Shown here one piece after another: positions 8,950-19,086 of a DNA stretch of 64,000 bases. Positions within the stretch are counted from its first letter, which is position 1; each line of letters begins with the position of its first letter. Position numbers and translations under genes: made by a program. This DNA is from a virus. The notes beneath the pieces are model-generated. The model was not told where the DNA came from, ran no database searches, and worked only from the letters and a program-made list of their open reading frames with translations. The stretch lies in IMG/VR virus record IMGVR_UViG_3300007513_000009; one strand, given 5' to 3'.

Positions 8950-10311
8950 ATGATAAGAGATATAAATGATTATTTAGATGATAGATATGAACATGAACAA
9001 TATGATTATAAGATATTGCTTTATGGGAACTATACTTATCGTGATAATTTGGAGGCTGATAGTTTGGTGGAGGTGTTACGGCATGTTCTACCTTATATGA
9101 GTAAACGATGGAATATACACTTCACACTTCTTATACCAGAATTTGTTAAGTCTTTGAATTTTCCAAATGTTGAACAGAGAATGTACACACTACCGACATA
9201 TATCAATACAATGAGACAGCATTTTGATACAAAACAATTTATGTCACATGTTGATTGGAAGAGAAATGATTTTGACATAGTGTATTCACATTTGCCAGAA
9301 CATACACTTCAGATGGCTAATTGCTTATACAATAATTCAAATCTCAAACCTAAATTTATTGGTTATTCACATTGGTTTGAGGTACCTGAAAATGCACCAT
9401 ACGGTGATAGGGCTGGAGTTCATAAGGATTTTCCTGCTAGAGCATTGTACGAAAGTGTGGCTGGTCTACTTATGATGGATGAATGTGGAGTAAATAGTAA
9501 TTGGTTAAAACAGAAAACGATTGAAAATGCAGCTCATCATTGGAATGATAAAGTTATTAATAGATTACATGAGATTATTCAACCACATTATTTGGGTGTA
9601 GATAGAATTAATGTAAGAGATAAGTATGAGGATAAAACAGTAGTGTTCAATCATAGAGGTGCTGGATATACTGGATGGGAATGGTTCGTTAAAGTGGTTG
9701 ATGAAATTTGGGAACAAAGGCAAGATTTTAAAGTCTATACTACATTAACACAAGTAGATAGACCTTGGAATAAAAAAGTTAACTGTGAAACAAGAAATGA
9801 GTATATGGATTTTTTATCTAATGTTAAATTTGGAGTGGGAACATTCCAGACTTATTCTGCTTGGAGTATTTCTACCACAGATGGATTCTCTGTAGGAGTT
9901 CCTTATTTGTTACCGAATAAATTATGTTATCCTGAAATGACGAGTGTGGTAAAAGATCCTTATCCTTTCTTATATGATGATAGAAAAGATTTTAAGAATA
10001 AATTCAATACAATGTTAGATGGTGAGATAGATTACGATACTACTACATTAGCTAAAAATATGATGTGGGAAGAGCGTATATCAAAGTGGTTTAATAATTG
10101 GGATAATGTATTTAACTTAGATGCGGTACGTGAAACTGAAAGCGTATTGAAAATTAGGGATTTCATAGAGAGAAAGAGATTCGTAACTAAAAAAGAAATA
10201 TTGGAATACCTTGGATGGGGTGTTAGAATAGGTTTTAATGGTTATAGGAATGCTCTCAGAAAGTATGATGAAATCAAATTTACAAAACATGGATATGAAT
10301 GGAGAGATTAA
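8950..10311 (+). CDS. GT-B fold glycosyltransferase
   Basis: DFDIVYSHLPEH, VVFNHR, WSISTTDGFSVGVPYLLP…YPEM. Confidence 0.7.
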   Translation: MIRDINDYLDDRYEHEQYDYKILLYGNYTYRDNLEADSLVEVLRHVLPYMSKRWNIHFTLLIPEFVKSLNFPNVEQRMYTLPTYINTMRQHFDTKQFMSHVDWKRNDFDIVYSHLPEHTLQMANCLYNNSNLKPKFIGYSHWFEVPENAPYGDRAGVHKDFPARALYESVAGLLMMDECGVNSNWLKQKTIENAAHHWNDKVINRLHEIIQPHYLGVDRINVRDKYEDKTVVFNHRGAGYTGWEWFVKVVDEIWEQRQDFKVYTTLTQVDRPWNKKVNCETRNEYMDFLSNVKFGVGTFQTYSAWSISTTDGFSVGVPYLLPNKLCYPEMTSVVKDPYPFLYDDRKDFKNKFNTMLDGEIDYDTTTLAKNMMWEERISKWFNNWDNVFNLDAVRETESVLKIRDFIERKRFVTKKEILEYLGWGVRIGFNGYRNALRKYDEIKFTKHGYEWRD

Positions 10312-10464
10312 AATGAACAATTTTATGAAGGCAATGGATACTCTTAAAAGCTGGATAGGAAGTTATGAGAGTTTAGATAATAAAAAAGTGCGGGAGCCCA
10401 AATGGGCACCAGCATCAGAGTTTGGTGCTCGTAAAAAACGTAAATATACAAGGAAAAAGAAGTA

Positions 10465-11061
10465 ATGGTATTAGATAGTTTATTAACAGGAGTAATGTTA
10501 TTCACTTCGTTTGCGGTGAGAACACCAAATGTACAACCAAATCCAGATGATTATGAGGTTAGTATTGGGGTGAGTCATCCTGCGTATTACTTTAATCGTC
10601 AATGGGAGCGAGAACTTGGTGAACCTTATATTGATGATTTGGTTTGGTTGAAGTTAGATGCTAATAATCTTTATTTTAAACCAGAGTATATGGATAAACA
10701 AAGTCAGAAAATTAAGTATATGAAGATGGACTGGCGTAGAACTTGGATTGGTGCTACATGGGGATTTACTACTCGTTCCACTAATGATGCATTGGATGAG
10801 TATGAAACATTTGCTTCAGTTGGTATAAGTAAGAATAAGAAATATAGTAGTGATGTTATAGAAGTTGAAATATCATTTGATGGGTATCTACCACCTGATG
10901 AAAATGGTGAAACATATATTGAGAATTTTGAATACGAAGATAAATTCAGAATATCTTGGAAACTTACAGAAAAAGTTAGGCTCTACAATAGTGGTGAAGT
11001 TGCCAAGCTTAAAGGTAAAGATTATTATAAAGCTAAAATAGGGATAGAAGTATCGTTATGA
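10465..11061 (+). CDS. putative exported beta-strand-rich (beta-barrel-like) protein
   Basis: Hydrophobic N-terminus, alternating strands, C-terminal KAKIGIEVSL. Confidence 0.45.
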   Translation: MVLDSLLTGVMLFTSFAVRTPNVQPNPDDYEVSIGVSHPAYYFNRQWERELGEPYIDDLVWLKLDANNLYFKPEYMDKQSQKIKYMKMDWRRTWIGATWGFTTRSTNDALDEYETFASVGISKNKKYSSDVIEVEISFDGYLPPDENGETYIENFEYEDKFRISWKLTEKVRLYNSGEVAKLKGKDYYKAKIGIEVSL

Positions 11062-11708
11062 GTCAACCCGTAAATGTTATGCAATATCCAGATTATTTAA
11101 ATGAAGGGTTGGGTCTAGTTGAACCTATAAGATTAAGCAACCCATTAGTTTTTAAATCTCATTATGATGGGGATTTAAAACCTATGATGGATGAAGTTGA
11201 TATATTATTTAATCAGATTGAATATGGGAATATAGGTTTAGAGACTGGCAAAGCTAAAAGTACAGTAGACTTGGATAATCAATTACATATTAATCCAAAA
11301 TTTGCAGATTATTTTAAATGGAGTCTACCAAGAATAAAAGATGTTTTATCAATGTGGTCTTATGAAGTTAATGAATCATATGGCGTTGGTTGGGATTTTA
11401 AGAAAACTTGGGCTAATGAGCATTTAAAAGGTGGAGAAACCCTTGAACATCATCATGGGACAACAACTTTAGTTTTAACCATGTACCTAAACAAAGATAA
11501 TAATTCTGGAGATATATGGTTTATGGATCCTGAATTTATGATAAGAGCTAATGAGTATAATTCATTAGCTGCAGTAGGATGGAAAGCAATACCATGTAAG
11601 ATTGGGGATGTCTTTATGTTTCCTGGTTGGTTATTACATAGGTCGGGAATGAACTTTTCTGATAGTAGGAGAGTGGTTTTAACATCAAACATTGAAATAA
11701 TAAGGTAA
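11058..11708 (+). CDS. 2OG-Fe(II) oxygenase-like protein (TIGR02466-like)
   Basis: WANEH…HHH…YL…GDIWF…GDVFMFPGWLLHRS…RVVLTSN. Confidence 0.85.
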   Translation: MSQPVNVMQYPDYLNEGLGLVEPIRLSNPLVFKSHYDGDLKPMMDEVDILFNQIEYGNIGLETGKAKSTVDLDNQLHINPKFADYFKWSLPRIKDVLSMWSYEVNESYGVGWDFKKTWANEHLKGGETLEHHHGTTTLVLTMYLNKDNNSGDIWFMDPEFMIRANEYNSLAAVGWKAIPCKIGDVFMFPGWLLHRSGMNFSDSRRVVLTSNIEIIR

Positions 11709-11712
11709 TAAA

Positions 11713-12456
11713 ATGATAAAAGAATTAACAGCAGAACAACTTGAAAATAATTGGGATAAACTTATTGATTTAATCAATACTACATTTGAAGGCGAGAGAT
11801 TAACAAATATGTTGGAGATGTATGATTATTTTGAAGAACGAATGGCTTTAGCACCTGCCAGTGGTAGAGAACATTATCATAGTGCCTATGCTGGTGGTTA
11901 TGTTGAGCATGTTTTGAATGTTACAGAATTTGCTATTCAATTGGCTGGGGTATGGAAGACAAATGGTGCTACTATAAATTTTACTCATGAAGAATTGGTG
12001 TTTGCTGCTCTACATCATGATTTGGGTAAGGTTGGTGATTTGGGTGAAGATTATTATATTATAAATGATTCAGATTGGCATCGTAAGAACCAAGGGTTAA
12101 TCTATAAACATAATCCTAACTTACAGTATATGACTGTAACTGATAGATCTATTTGGTTATTACAACACTTTAATATCAAAATGACAGATAATGAGTATAT
12201 TGGGTTAAGATTGACAGATGGGCTTTATGAAGAAGCTAATAAAAGTTATTATATAGGTTGGACACCAGAGAGATCATTAAGAACCAATATAGCTTATATA
12301 TTACATCAGGCTGATAGTATGGCGACTCATATTGAATTTGATATGTGGAAAAGGGGTGATTGGAATACACCACCACAAAAACCAAAAGTAAAAGAGGAAG
12401 TTACAGAGAAGTCTAAGAAGGCTAACGAATTATTTAAAGAATTATTTGATGATTGA
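11713..12456 (+). CDS. HD-domain phosphohydrolase
   Basis: APAS…YHSAYAGGYVEHVLNV…ALHHDLGK…LHQAD. Confidence 0.9.
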   Translation: MIKELTAEQLENNWDKLIDLINTTFEGERLTNMLEMYDYFEERMALAPASGREHYHSAYAGGYVEHVLNVTEFAIQLAGVWKTNGATINFTHEELVFAALHHDLGKVGDLGEDYYIINDSDWHRKNQGLIYKHNPNLQYMTVTDRSIWLLQHFNIKMTDNEYIGLRLTDGLYEEANKSYYIGWTPERSLRTNIAYILHQADSMATHIEFDMWKRGDWNTPPQKPKVKEEVTEKSKKANELFKELFDD

Positions 12457-12970
12457 TAAGGATTTAGAGAAAAAAAAATTAAATGCTGAATACAAATATT
12501 TAAAGGCAGAGTTGGAATATCAACAATCAATTTTTGATTCAGCACGAGGTAATTTTGATGATTACTTTAGAGATAAGTTAGATGCGGTGATGACAGGACA
12601 GGCTGCAGAAAAAGCTAAATCTGAAAAACCTAAATTGGAGAGGAAAGAAGAGGTTGATGTCATATATAAAAAGTTAGCACAAAAAGTTCATCCTGATAAA
12701 AAGACTGGGAACCATAAAGATTTCCAAAAATTAAAGGATAATGTTGATAGCTATGATTTGGATGGTTTAATTGATATGGCTCAGAAATATGATATTGATA
12801 TTGAAGAAGAGATAGATGAAATATCTTATTTATCTGTACAGATTCAAATGATAAAAGAACAACTTGATACTATGATGAAATCTCTTGTGTTACAATGGCA
12901 TAATACTTCTGAAGAAAAGAAACCACAACTTGAACAGATGATAATGTTTCAGTTTGGAAAAAAAGTTTAA
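12446..12970 (+). CDS. J-domain (DnaJ-like) protein
   Basis: IYKKLAQKVHPDK. Confidence 0.75.
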   Translation: MMIDKDLEKKKLNAEYKYLKAELEYQQSIFDSARGNFDDYFRDKLDAVMTGQAAEKAKSEKPKLERKEEVDVIYKKLAQKVHPDKKTGNHKDFQKLKDNVDSYDLDGLIDMAQKYDIDIEEEIDEISYLSVQIQMIKEQLDTMMKSLVLQWHNTSEEKKPQLEQMIMFQFGKKV

Positions 12971-13035
12971 TTGTTTTGTATTTTCCGTGGTGGAAAATAT
13001 GATGGTATATGTAATATATTATATTTATTATTGAT

Positions 13036-13287
13036 ATGAACGGACAAGATAAGAAAGATTTAAATGTGATATTAGAAAGAATGGACCAAGCCGATAAGGA
13101 TAGAGATAAGATTCATCAAGACATTAAGTTCATTAAAGAGAATTTATTCAATCCACACAAAGGATTATGGACAGAGACTAAAATGAATTCCCAATTTAGA
13201 GAGAATACCGGTAAGTGGAGAAATGTATTAGGTGCTGGATTTTTTGCTTTATTGATTGATAGGGTATGGAGTTATATTGGTTCTTAA
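13036..13287 (+). CDS. coiled-coil protein with C-terminal hydrophobic segment
   Basis: ORF preceded by the ATATTTAT motif. Confidence 0.6.
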   Translation: MNGQDKKDLNVILERMDQADKDRDKIHQDIKFIKENLFNPHKGLWTETKMNSQFRENTGKWRNVLGAGFFALLIDRVWSYIGS

Positions 13288-13323
13288 TAAAAGTTTTATT
13301 TAAAATAAGTAAAGGGTTATATT

Positions 13324-13605
13324 GTGGCATTTTTTAATAAGAAAAAGAAAAAATCAATTTTACGGGGTGATAGAAGAAATCCTTGTAAAATATACATAAA
13401 TCAATATACTGATCTTGGGTTGGTGAGAAGAGAAACATTCGGTTTTGTGCAAGAAAGAAACAATAAGGCTCAAATGTATTATGTTATGACTGGCAACGAT
13501 GGTGATAAGCTGTGGTATCCATATAGTGATATAGAATTAATTAAAGGTCATTGGACAAATAAAAAAAGAAAAACTGAAGAGGATGATGTGGATGAACAAA
13601 AATAA
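13324..13605 (+). CDS. hypothetical protein
   Basis: ORF track. Confidence 0.55.
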   Translation: MAFFNKKKKKSILRGDRRNPCKIYINQYTDLGLVRRETFGFVQERNNKAQMYYVMTGNDGDKLWYPYSDIELIKGHWTNKKRKTEEDDVDEQK

Positions 13606-13954
13606 TATAGTTGATGTTTTAACTTTTTTTTATTTATTGTTAGCTCTGATAATTCTTTTGGTTTTGGCTCATGGATGTGTTAGTAATTTGACATATAAAG
13701 GTGATACTGTAAGTGGTGTAGTTCGTGTTCCCACAAAGGTAACGAGTTTTCCTTTAAAAGATCATAAAGGTGAGTTACATAAATACAAAGATAACATTGA
13801 TAGTTTTATATTTCCACGAGATAGTAAGAAACTTACTCAATATTGTGCATTTCATTTTGAGTGGGAAGATATTAGAGCGGTTTATAAAAAGGATAAGTAC
13901 GGTGAATGGGGTTATTCGTATATAGTAAAGAAAAATAAAAAAAGTTGGAAGTGA
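13583..13954 (+). CDS. membrane-anchored hypothetical protein
   Basis: N-terminal transmembrane segment ending AHGC. Confidence 0.55.
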   Translation: MMWMNKNNIVDVLTFFYLLLALIILLVLAHGCVSNLTYKGDTVSGVVRVPTKVTSFPLKDHKGELHKYKDNIDSFIFPRDSKKLTQYCAFHFEWEDIRAVYKKDKYGEWGYSYIVKKNKKSWK

Positions 13955-14015
13955 TTTCAAAAAGATCTTGACTTGTATGGTGTTTTGTTGTTAAGTTTAT
14001 GAAAATGAGTTAATA

Positions 14016-14471
14016 ATGAAAAATACAGTTATATTCGATTTGGATGGTACACTTGCCATCATAGATAAAAGACGTGAGTTGTCTCGTAAATTTAATGGTA
14101 AGATTGATTTTAAGATATTACACGATCCGTCTAACATACATTTGGATGAACCAAATGAGCCTGTGATTAAAATGGCACAGATGTTTGCGGAAGATGGTTT
14201 TAATATCTTTATATTTTCAGGTCGTTCAGATAAAACTATGTTTACTACTAAGTCTTGGTTAACTCATAATAAAGTACCATTTCATAAGTTGGTGATGAGA
14301 CCACATAAAACAATGAACTTTATTCCTGATGAAATATTGAAAAGAGATATGTTGGATACTCATGCAGATATTGATGATGTATTTTTAGTGGTAGATGATA
14401 GACAGAAAGTGGTTGATATGTGGAGAAATCTGGGACTTACGGTATTTCAGGTAGCTCCGGGAGACTTTTAA
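14016..14471 (+). CDS. HAD phosphatase resembling the polynucleotide kinase (PseT) 3'-phosphatase domain
   Basis: IFDLDGTLA, FSGR, DDRQKVVDMWRNLGLTVFQVAPGDF. Confidence 0.9.
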   Translation: MKNTVIFDLDGTLAIIDKRRELSRKFNGKIDFKILHDPSNIHLDEPNEPVIKMAQMFAEDGFNIFIFSGRSDKTMFTTKSWLTHNKVPFHKLVMRPHKTMNFIPDEILKRDMLDTHADIDDVFLVVDDRQKVVDMWRNLGLTVFQVAPGDF

Positions 14472-14475
14472 ATAT

Positions 14476-14546
14476 GCGGGTGTTGTATAATGGTATTACC
14501 CCAGCCTTCCAAGCTGGTGATGTCGGTCCGATTCCGACCATCCGCT
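14476..14546 (+). tRNA. tRNA-Gly(TCC), near-canonical
   Basis: Acceptor GCGGGTG/CATCCGC, anticodon arm CCAGC-CTTCCAA-GCTGG, T-arm GTCGG-TCCGATT-CCGAC, U73; no encoded CCA. Confidence 0.93.
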
Positions 14547-14574
14547 CAAAAATATATTTGTATTTAGGATTTTT

Positions 14575-15057
14575 ATGGATGTTTTAGTTCCTGATAGAGA
14601 ATCTATATTGTTACGATTGGGTAGATTGCGTGATTTGTGTGTAGAAACAGAGAGGGATAATCCTACAGATTCTCATTTATTTAGTAATCAATATGTAAAT
14701 GTTGAGGAGATGATAGATGAAGTAAGAGAGATACATACTGGTAGGAAAGCTCTGGATGTGGATAGCGAAAGAAAATTGATGATTGATATTATGAAAAGGG
14801 CAAATAAAATATGGAAGATTAGAAATAAAGTTAAAAATGGTGAAATTAAAGATTTAGATTTATTAGAGGTACATGAAACAGTAGAAGAGTTTTTATCTGA
14901 ACCAGATGTTCAAAAAATAAATGCCATTAAATATTATAGAGAAGTGATGACAACACATTTTGATGAAAAGGTTGGGTTGAAAGAAGCAAAAGATTATGTA
15001 GATGCTGTTCATAATGATATGAAGAATAGGCGGATTGCTAATGAGCCTAGGCTGTAA
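14575..15057 (+). CDS. protein with a C-terminal ribosomal L7/L12-CTD-like domain
   Basis: QKINAIKYYRE…GLKEAKDYVD. Confidence 0.6.
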   Translation: MDVLVPDRESILLRLGRLRDLCVETERDNPTDSHLFSNQYVNVEEMIDEVREIHTGRKALDVDSERKLMIDIMKRANKIWKIRNKVKNGEIKDLDLLEVHETVEEFLSEPDVQKINAIKYYREVMTTHFDEKVGLKEAKDYVDAVHNDMKNRRIANEPRL

Positions 15058-16191
15058 GTGGTACACAACAAAGAGTTAGCCAAGTATTTACGGAAACGGA
15101 TGGAAACACAAGACCAAGTAAATACTATATTTCATTTGATTAAAGTTCCAACCGAATCTGAGTTGGAGTTTTGGATACAACAATTTAAGACAAAAGATTG
15201 TTGCGGACATTCAGAATGGTCGGAAACATTTCAGAGAAATATTTGGATTAAAGATGAAGAAGATTAAATGGACATGGGAAGAGATTTATAAGTTGGGTAG
15301 AAACTCATATGATGCTGGTGTACGAATGGAATGTGAGAGATTAGCAGTTAAGATAGTAAAAGGTATACCATTAATAGAGAATGACATTAGATATTTAAAT
15401 AGAATAAATGATAATATTCTATCCAAAACTACCTAATGGAAATATACTGTGGAGTTGTGATAACTGCGATAACACAGCGGAAGTATCAGCGCCGGATACC
15501 AACGCTGTAGCATTAATATGTATGTGTGATGGTAAGGTTCATCCAGAATGTAACAACGATTGGTATTATAAAGGATTGTATTGGAATAGAATTCCAATGG
15601 AAAATAGAGAAAGATATAGAAAGGATAGGTAACATATGAAGATGGATAGAGCATACTTTAAGGAGAAGCATACAGGGAAGAAAGCGGGGGCACAGATGAC
15701 AAAGTGTTGTAATCAGTCTCGTGATAGGGATATTTTAAATAAGAAGAATCCAGAAGATTGGGAATTGATGGAAGCGTATTGTGAGAAGAGTCTATCACAA
15801 TCTTCAGGAACAGAATCTATTGAAATTGTGTGTTGTAAGAAATGTGGTAGGTTAATGAAGTATGTAAGTATCTTAAGATCGGAATATAGAGCATATGAAT
15901 AAATATTTAAAAAAATTAAGACATTTACAACACACTATGATTCATTGGGCGGAGGAAAATAAGATTCGTAAGAATAAAGGGAAATTCCAAATACCAAATC
16001 GTAAAGATGATATGGAATGGAAAGATGATTTTAAATATGTTAATAAGTTAGAGATGGATTTAAATGATGATATGCCACACCCATCAAGATTAAATAATGA
16101 TGAAATGAAAATGTGTAATGAGTTGTATAGGTTTTATAGTCAAGTATATATACCAAAACGAACATTTATTAAAGATATGTTAAAAAAGTGA
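15058..16191 (+). other. run of five small abutting hypothetical genes (15058-15267, 15254-15436, 15408-15632, 15636-15902, 15895-16191)
   Basis: Overlapping starts and stops; two are Cys-rich. Confidence 0.6.
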
Positions 16192-16255
16192 AAATAAAGC
16201 TTGACTCGTATTGCATTTCTTTTGTATCTTCATATATGAAAAAAAGAGGAAAAAC
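16181..16255 (+). repeat. 75-bp promoter+RBS direct repeat, copy 1
   Basis: Identical to 16450-16524. Confidence 0.95.
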
Positions 16256-16256
16256 G

Positions 16257-16460
16257 ATGGAAAGGCAAATGGATATATTTGATTTACCCTCTGAATGGCA
16301 CGATGTGTTTAACTCAACTCCCACTCCTTATCCTTATAAATATGCAAATAACATATCTTTAGATGCTTATGTAAGAATGATAACCTGTGGTAAGGGATAT
16401 CCAAATGGTAAAATACCATCAGAAGTAGTTGAAAGATATAATAAATGCATAAAAAAGTGA
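16257..16460 (+). CDS. small hypothetical protein between the repeats
   Basis: ATG follows the GAGG RBS of repeat copy 1; the longer 16188 start runs through the promoter. Confidence 0.7.
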   Translation: MERQMDIFDLPSEWHDVFNSTPTPYPYKYANNISLDAYVRMITCGKGYPNGKIPSEVVERYNKCIKK

Positions 16461-16524
16461 AAATAAAGCTTGACTCGTATTGCATTTCTTTTGTATCTTC
16501 ATATATGAAAAAAAGAGGAAAAAC
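16450..16524 (+). repeat. 75-bp promoter+RBS direct repeat, copy 2
   Basis: Identical to 16181-16255; a 46-bp core recurs at 28644-28689. Confidence 0.95.
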
Positions 16525-16530
16525 AATCAA

Positions 16531-18483
16531 ATGAAAAATTACTCCCCATATTCTTCTTTTTGGTTTGATAAAAAAGATACTGACATTGATGAATTGTTAG
16601 GTATTGAAAAGGAAAAACCAAAGAAGAATTATATTCAGATGGCTTCAAATCAAAGGGCTATCGCTAATTTTGTTCGTATCGTAAGTGGTAAGAATATTCC
16701 TGTCAACTATACAACTCGTGGAGATTCTTATACAGATGGGAAAAATGTTACTATTTCAGGTAATGTGAATGAGAAGAGTTTCGACCACATTGTTGGTCTT
16801 GCACTTCATGAAGGTAGTCATATTGCTTTTAGTGATTTTGAGGTTTTGAAGGATGCAATCAGAGGAGTTCCTGATAGTTGGAGTTATGAAGAAGCATCAT
16901 TTTTCAAAAATATGATTAATTTTGTTGAAGATAGAAGAATTGATACTAAGGTATTTAAATCTTCTCCTGGATATAAAGGTTACTACCATAGTCTTTATAA
17001 AAAGTATTTTCAAAATAATGCGATTAAAAAAGGGTTGAAATCAGGTGAGTTTCGTGAGTTGGATATCGAAAGTTATGAATTTCGTATCTTAGGTTTTATG
17101 GTAAAGGAATCAGATTTAGATGCACTACCAAAACTTCGTGAAATCTACAATATGATTGATTTGAGAAATATATCGAGATTAGATGGTAAACAAGATGTTG
17201 TTAATCTTGCTCTTGATATATGTAGTTTGGTTTTTCCAATGATTCCTAAAGGTGAAGGAAATTCTAACGGTTTACCAGAAGATGGTTCAGAAGAGTCAGA
17301 AAGTCCAGAAGGTGATGGTTCTCCTAAAGGTAGTGGTGATGGTACTGAGGTTGATACTGGTGATGCTGAAATGGTTCCTGATGATGGAAACTCTTCTGAT
17401 GAAACCATTGAATATGAAGAACTTAATGAAGCTCAGAAAAAATCACTTCATAAGGCTATTGAAAAAATGAAAGATTTATTGGATGGAAAAGCACCAAAAA
17501 GTAAACTTACTAAAAAAGATGCTCAGATGGTTAATTCGATGGCAAAGAGTGGTGCTGAGTTAGTTGAAGTTGGTGATAAGGGTTCATTAGGTACAACAAA
17601 ATGTGTTGTTATTCCTAATTATACTCAAGATATGATTGATTCAAATGCTTTTGATTTTTGTCAGAAACCTTGGATGTACAATAAAGAGAGTATTTCTGAG
17701 AGTAGATATGGAAAACCTATTTATGAAGGTCTTCGATTAGGAACTGTTTTGGGTAAAAAACTTAAAGTTCGTGGGGAAGAAAGAGATTTGATTTTCACTC
17801 GGCAGGATACAGGAAGGATTGATAAAAGACTTATCTCTGAGTTGGGTTTTGATAATGAAAGAGTATTTTCACAGACTTTTACGGAAAGATATAATAAAGC
17901 TAATCTTCATATTAGTATTGATGGGTCTGGTTCAATGAGTGGTCAGAAGTGGACTGATGCTATCACTTCTACGGTAGCTATTGTAAAGGCTGCTGAAATG
18001 GCTGGAAATATTAGAGTTGTTGTTAGTTTCAGATATACAGATGATAGACATCCTGTTTTGTTGATTGGTTATGATTCTAATAAAGATAAGATAAGTAAAA
18101 TAAAGAAATTGTGGCCATCACTTAGGGTTTGTGGAACAACTCCTGAGTCACTTTGTTATGAAGCTATGATGAAACATTTCTTAAGTCTTTCGAATAGTGA
18201 TGATAATTACTTCATCAATTATTCAGATGGGGCACCTTGGTTTGGTAATGATGATGTACATTATTCTGGTGGGGATGCGATTAGACATTGTAATAAAATG
18301 CTAAAAGTGATTCGTAATAATGGAATCAAAGTATTAAGTTATTTCATTAGTGAAGGTAATTACCATAGTGATTCGGATAGAACAACTTTTAATAAGATGT
18401 ATGGTAAGGATGCAGCTTTCATCAATACTAAAAATATGATGGAAGTAGCCAAAACAATGAATAATATGTTTCTGGCGAAATGA
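16531..18483 (+). CDS. CobT-like protein: HExxH metallopeptidase-like N-domain, acidic linker, C-terminal VWA domain
   Basis: LHEGSH, NFVEDRRI, IDGSGSM (MIDAS), GTTPE, YSDGAP; start reassigned to follow the RBS. Confidence 0.85.
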   Translation: MKNYSPYSSFWFDKKDTDIDELLGIEKEKPKKNYIQMASNQRAIANFVRIVSGKNIPVNYTTRGDSYTDGKNVTISGNVNEKSFDHIVGLALHEGSHIAFSDFEVLKDAIRGVPDSWSYEEASFFKNMINFVEDRRIDTKVFKSSPGYKGYYHSLYKKYFQNNAIKKGLKSGEFRELDIESYEFRILGFMVKESDLDALPKLREIYNMIDLRNISRLDGKQDVVNLALDICSLVFPMIPKGEGNSNGLPEDGSEESESPEGDGSPKGSGDGTEVDTGDAEMVPDDGNSSDETIEYEELNEAQKKSLHKAIEKMKDLLDGKAPKSKLTKKDAQMVNSMAKSGAELVEVGDKGSLGTTKCVVIPNYTQDMIDSNAFDFCQKPWMYNKESISESRYGKPIYEGLRLGTVLGKKLKVRGEERDLIFTRQDTGRIDKRLISELGFDNERVFSQTFTERYNKANLHISIDGSGSMSGQKWTDAITSTVAIVKAAEMAGNIRVVVSFRYTDDRHPVLLIGYDSNKDKISKIKKLWPSLRVCGTTPESLCYEAMMKHFLSLSNSDDNYFINYSDGAPWFGNDDVHYSGGDAIRHCNKMLKVIRNNGIKVLSYFISEGNYHSDSDRTTFNKMYGKDAAFINTKNMMEVAKTMNNMFLAK

Positions 18484-18815
18484 AGAGGCATGTTCCATTA
18501 AAACAAATTTGGGATACATTTAATATAACACCAATGTCTGCGGACGAATTTAAAGCAAGAAGAAAACCACAAGTGAGACATACACATGTAGGTAAATTGA
18601 AGATACTTCAAATGCAGATGGAGAATTGGGCTTGGGATATGAATGAACGAGGATATTATTATTCACAAGATGATAAATTTAAAAATGATTATAAATGGGT
18701 TGAAGATTTGATAGATGATTTGCATGAAAGAGGTAAGAACGGAACTAAATTATCAGAACGGATAATTGCAAATCAAATGTGGAATAGCTATGATGGGAAA
18801 AAGTCTTCTATATGA
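18480..18815 (+). CDS. hypothetical protein
   Basis: ATGA overlap with the upstream gene; resembles 15895-16191 (KL..LQ..M..WA…DD.KDD/ND.K.V..L..DL). Confidence 0.65.
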   Translation: MKRHVPLKQIWDTFNITPMSADEFKARRKPQVRHTHVGKLKILQMQMENWAWDMNERGYYYSQDDKFKNDYKWVEDLIDDLHERGKNGTKLSERIIANQMWNSYDGKKSSI

Positions 18816-19086
18816 GTCAGTTTGAAGAAATTAGTTGTAAGGTGTTGGGAATTATAATTTTTATATTGTTTGTGATTATTTTAGTGAGAATATATTGATA
18901 AAGTGGTTAGTTAAAAAATGGTATAAACATAGTCCAGAATGTCATTGTGGTTGGACTATGAAACCATTTGAAAAATATACTGATAGACATCAATGGAAAT
19001 GTATATGGAAAGATTGTAGCTGGGAAGCATTTGAAGATTCTAATGGCAAATTACATTGGTGGAAAAGGATAAAATGAGGTAATTAA

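Noticed and set aside
16188-16530. ORF-track starts at 16188 and 16480 (also 2489, 22408, 28680, 33819)
   Set aside because: These N-termini are translations of the promoter repeat; real starts follow the RBS.
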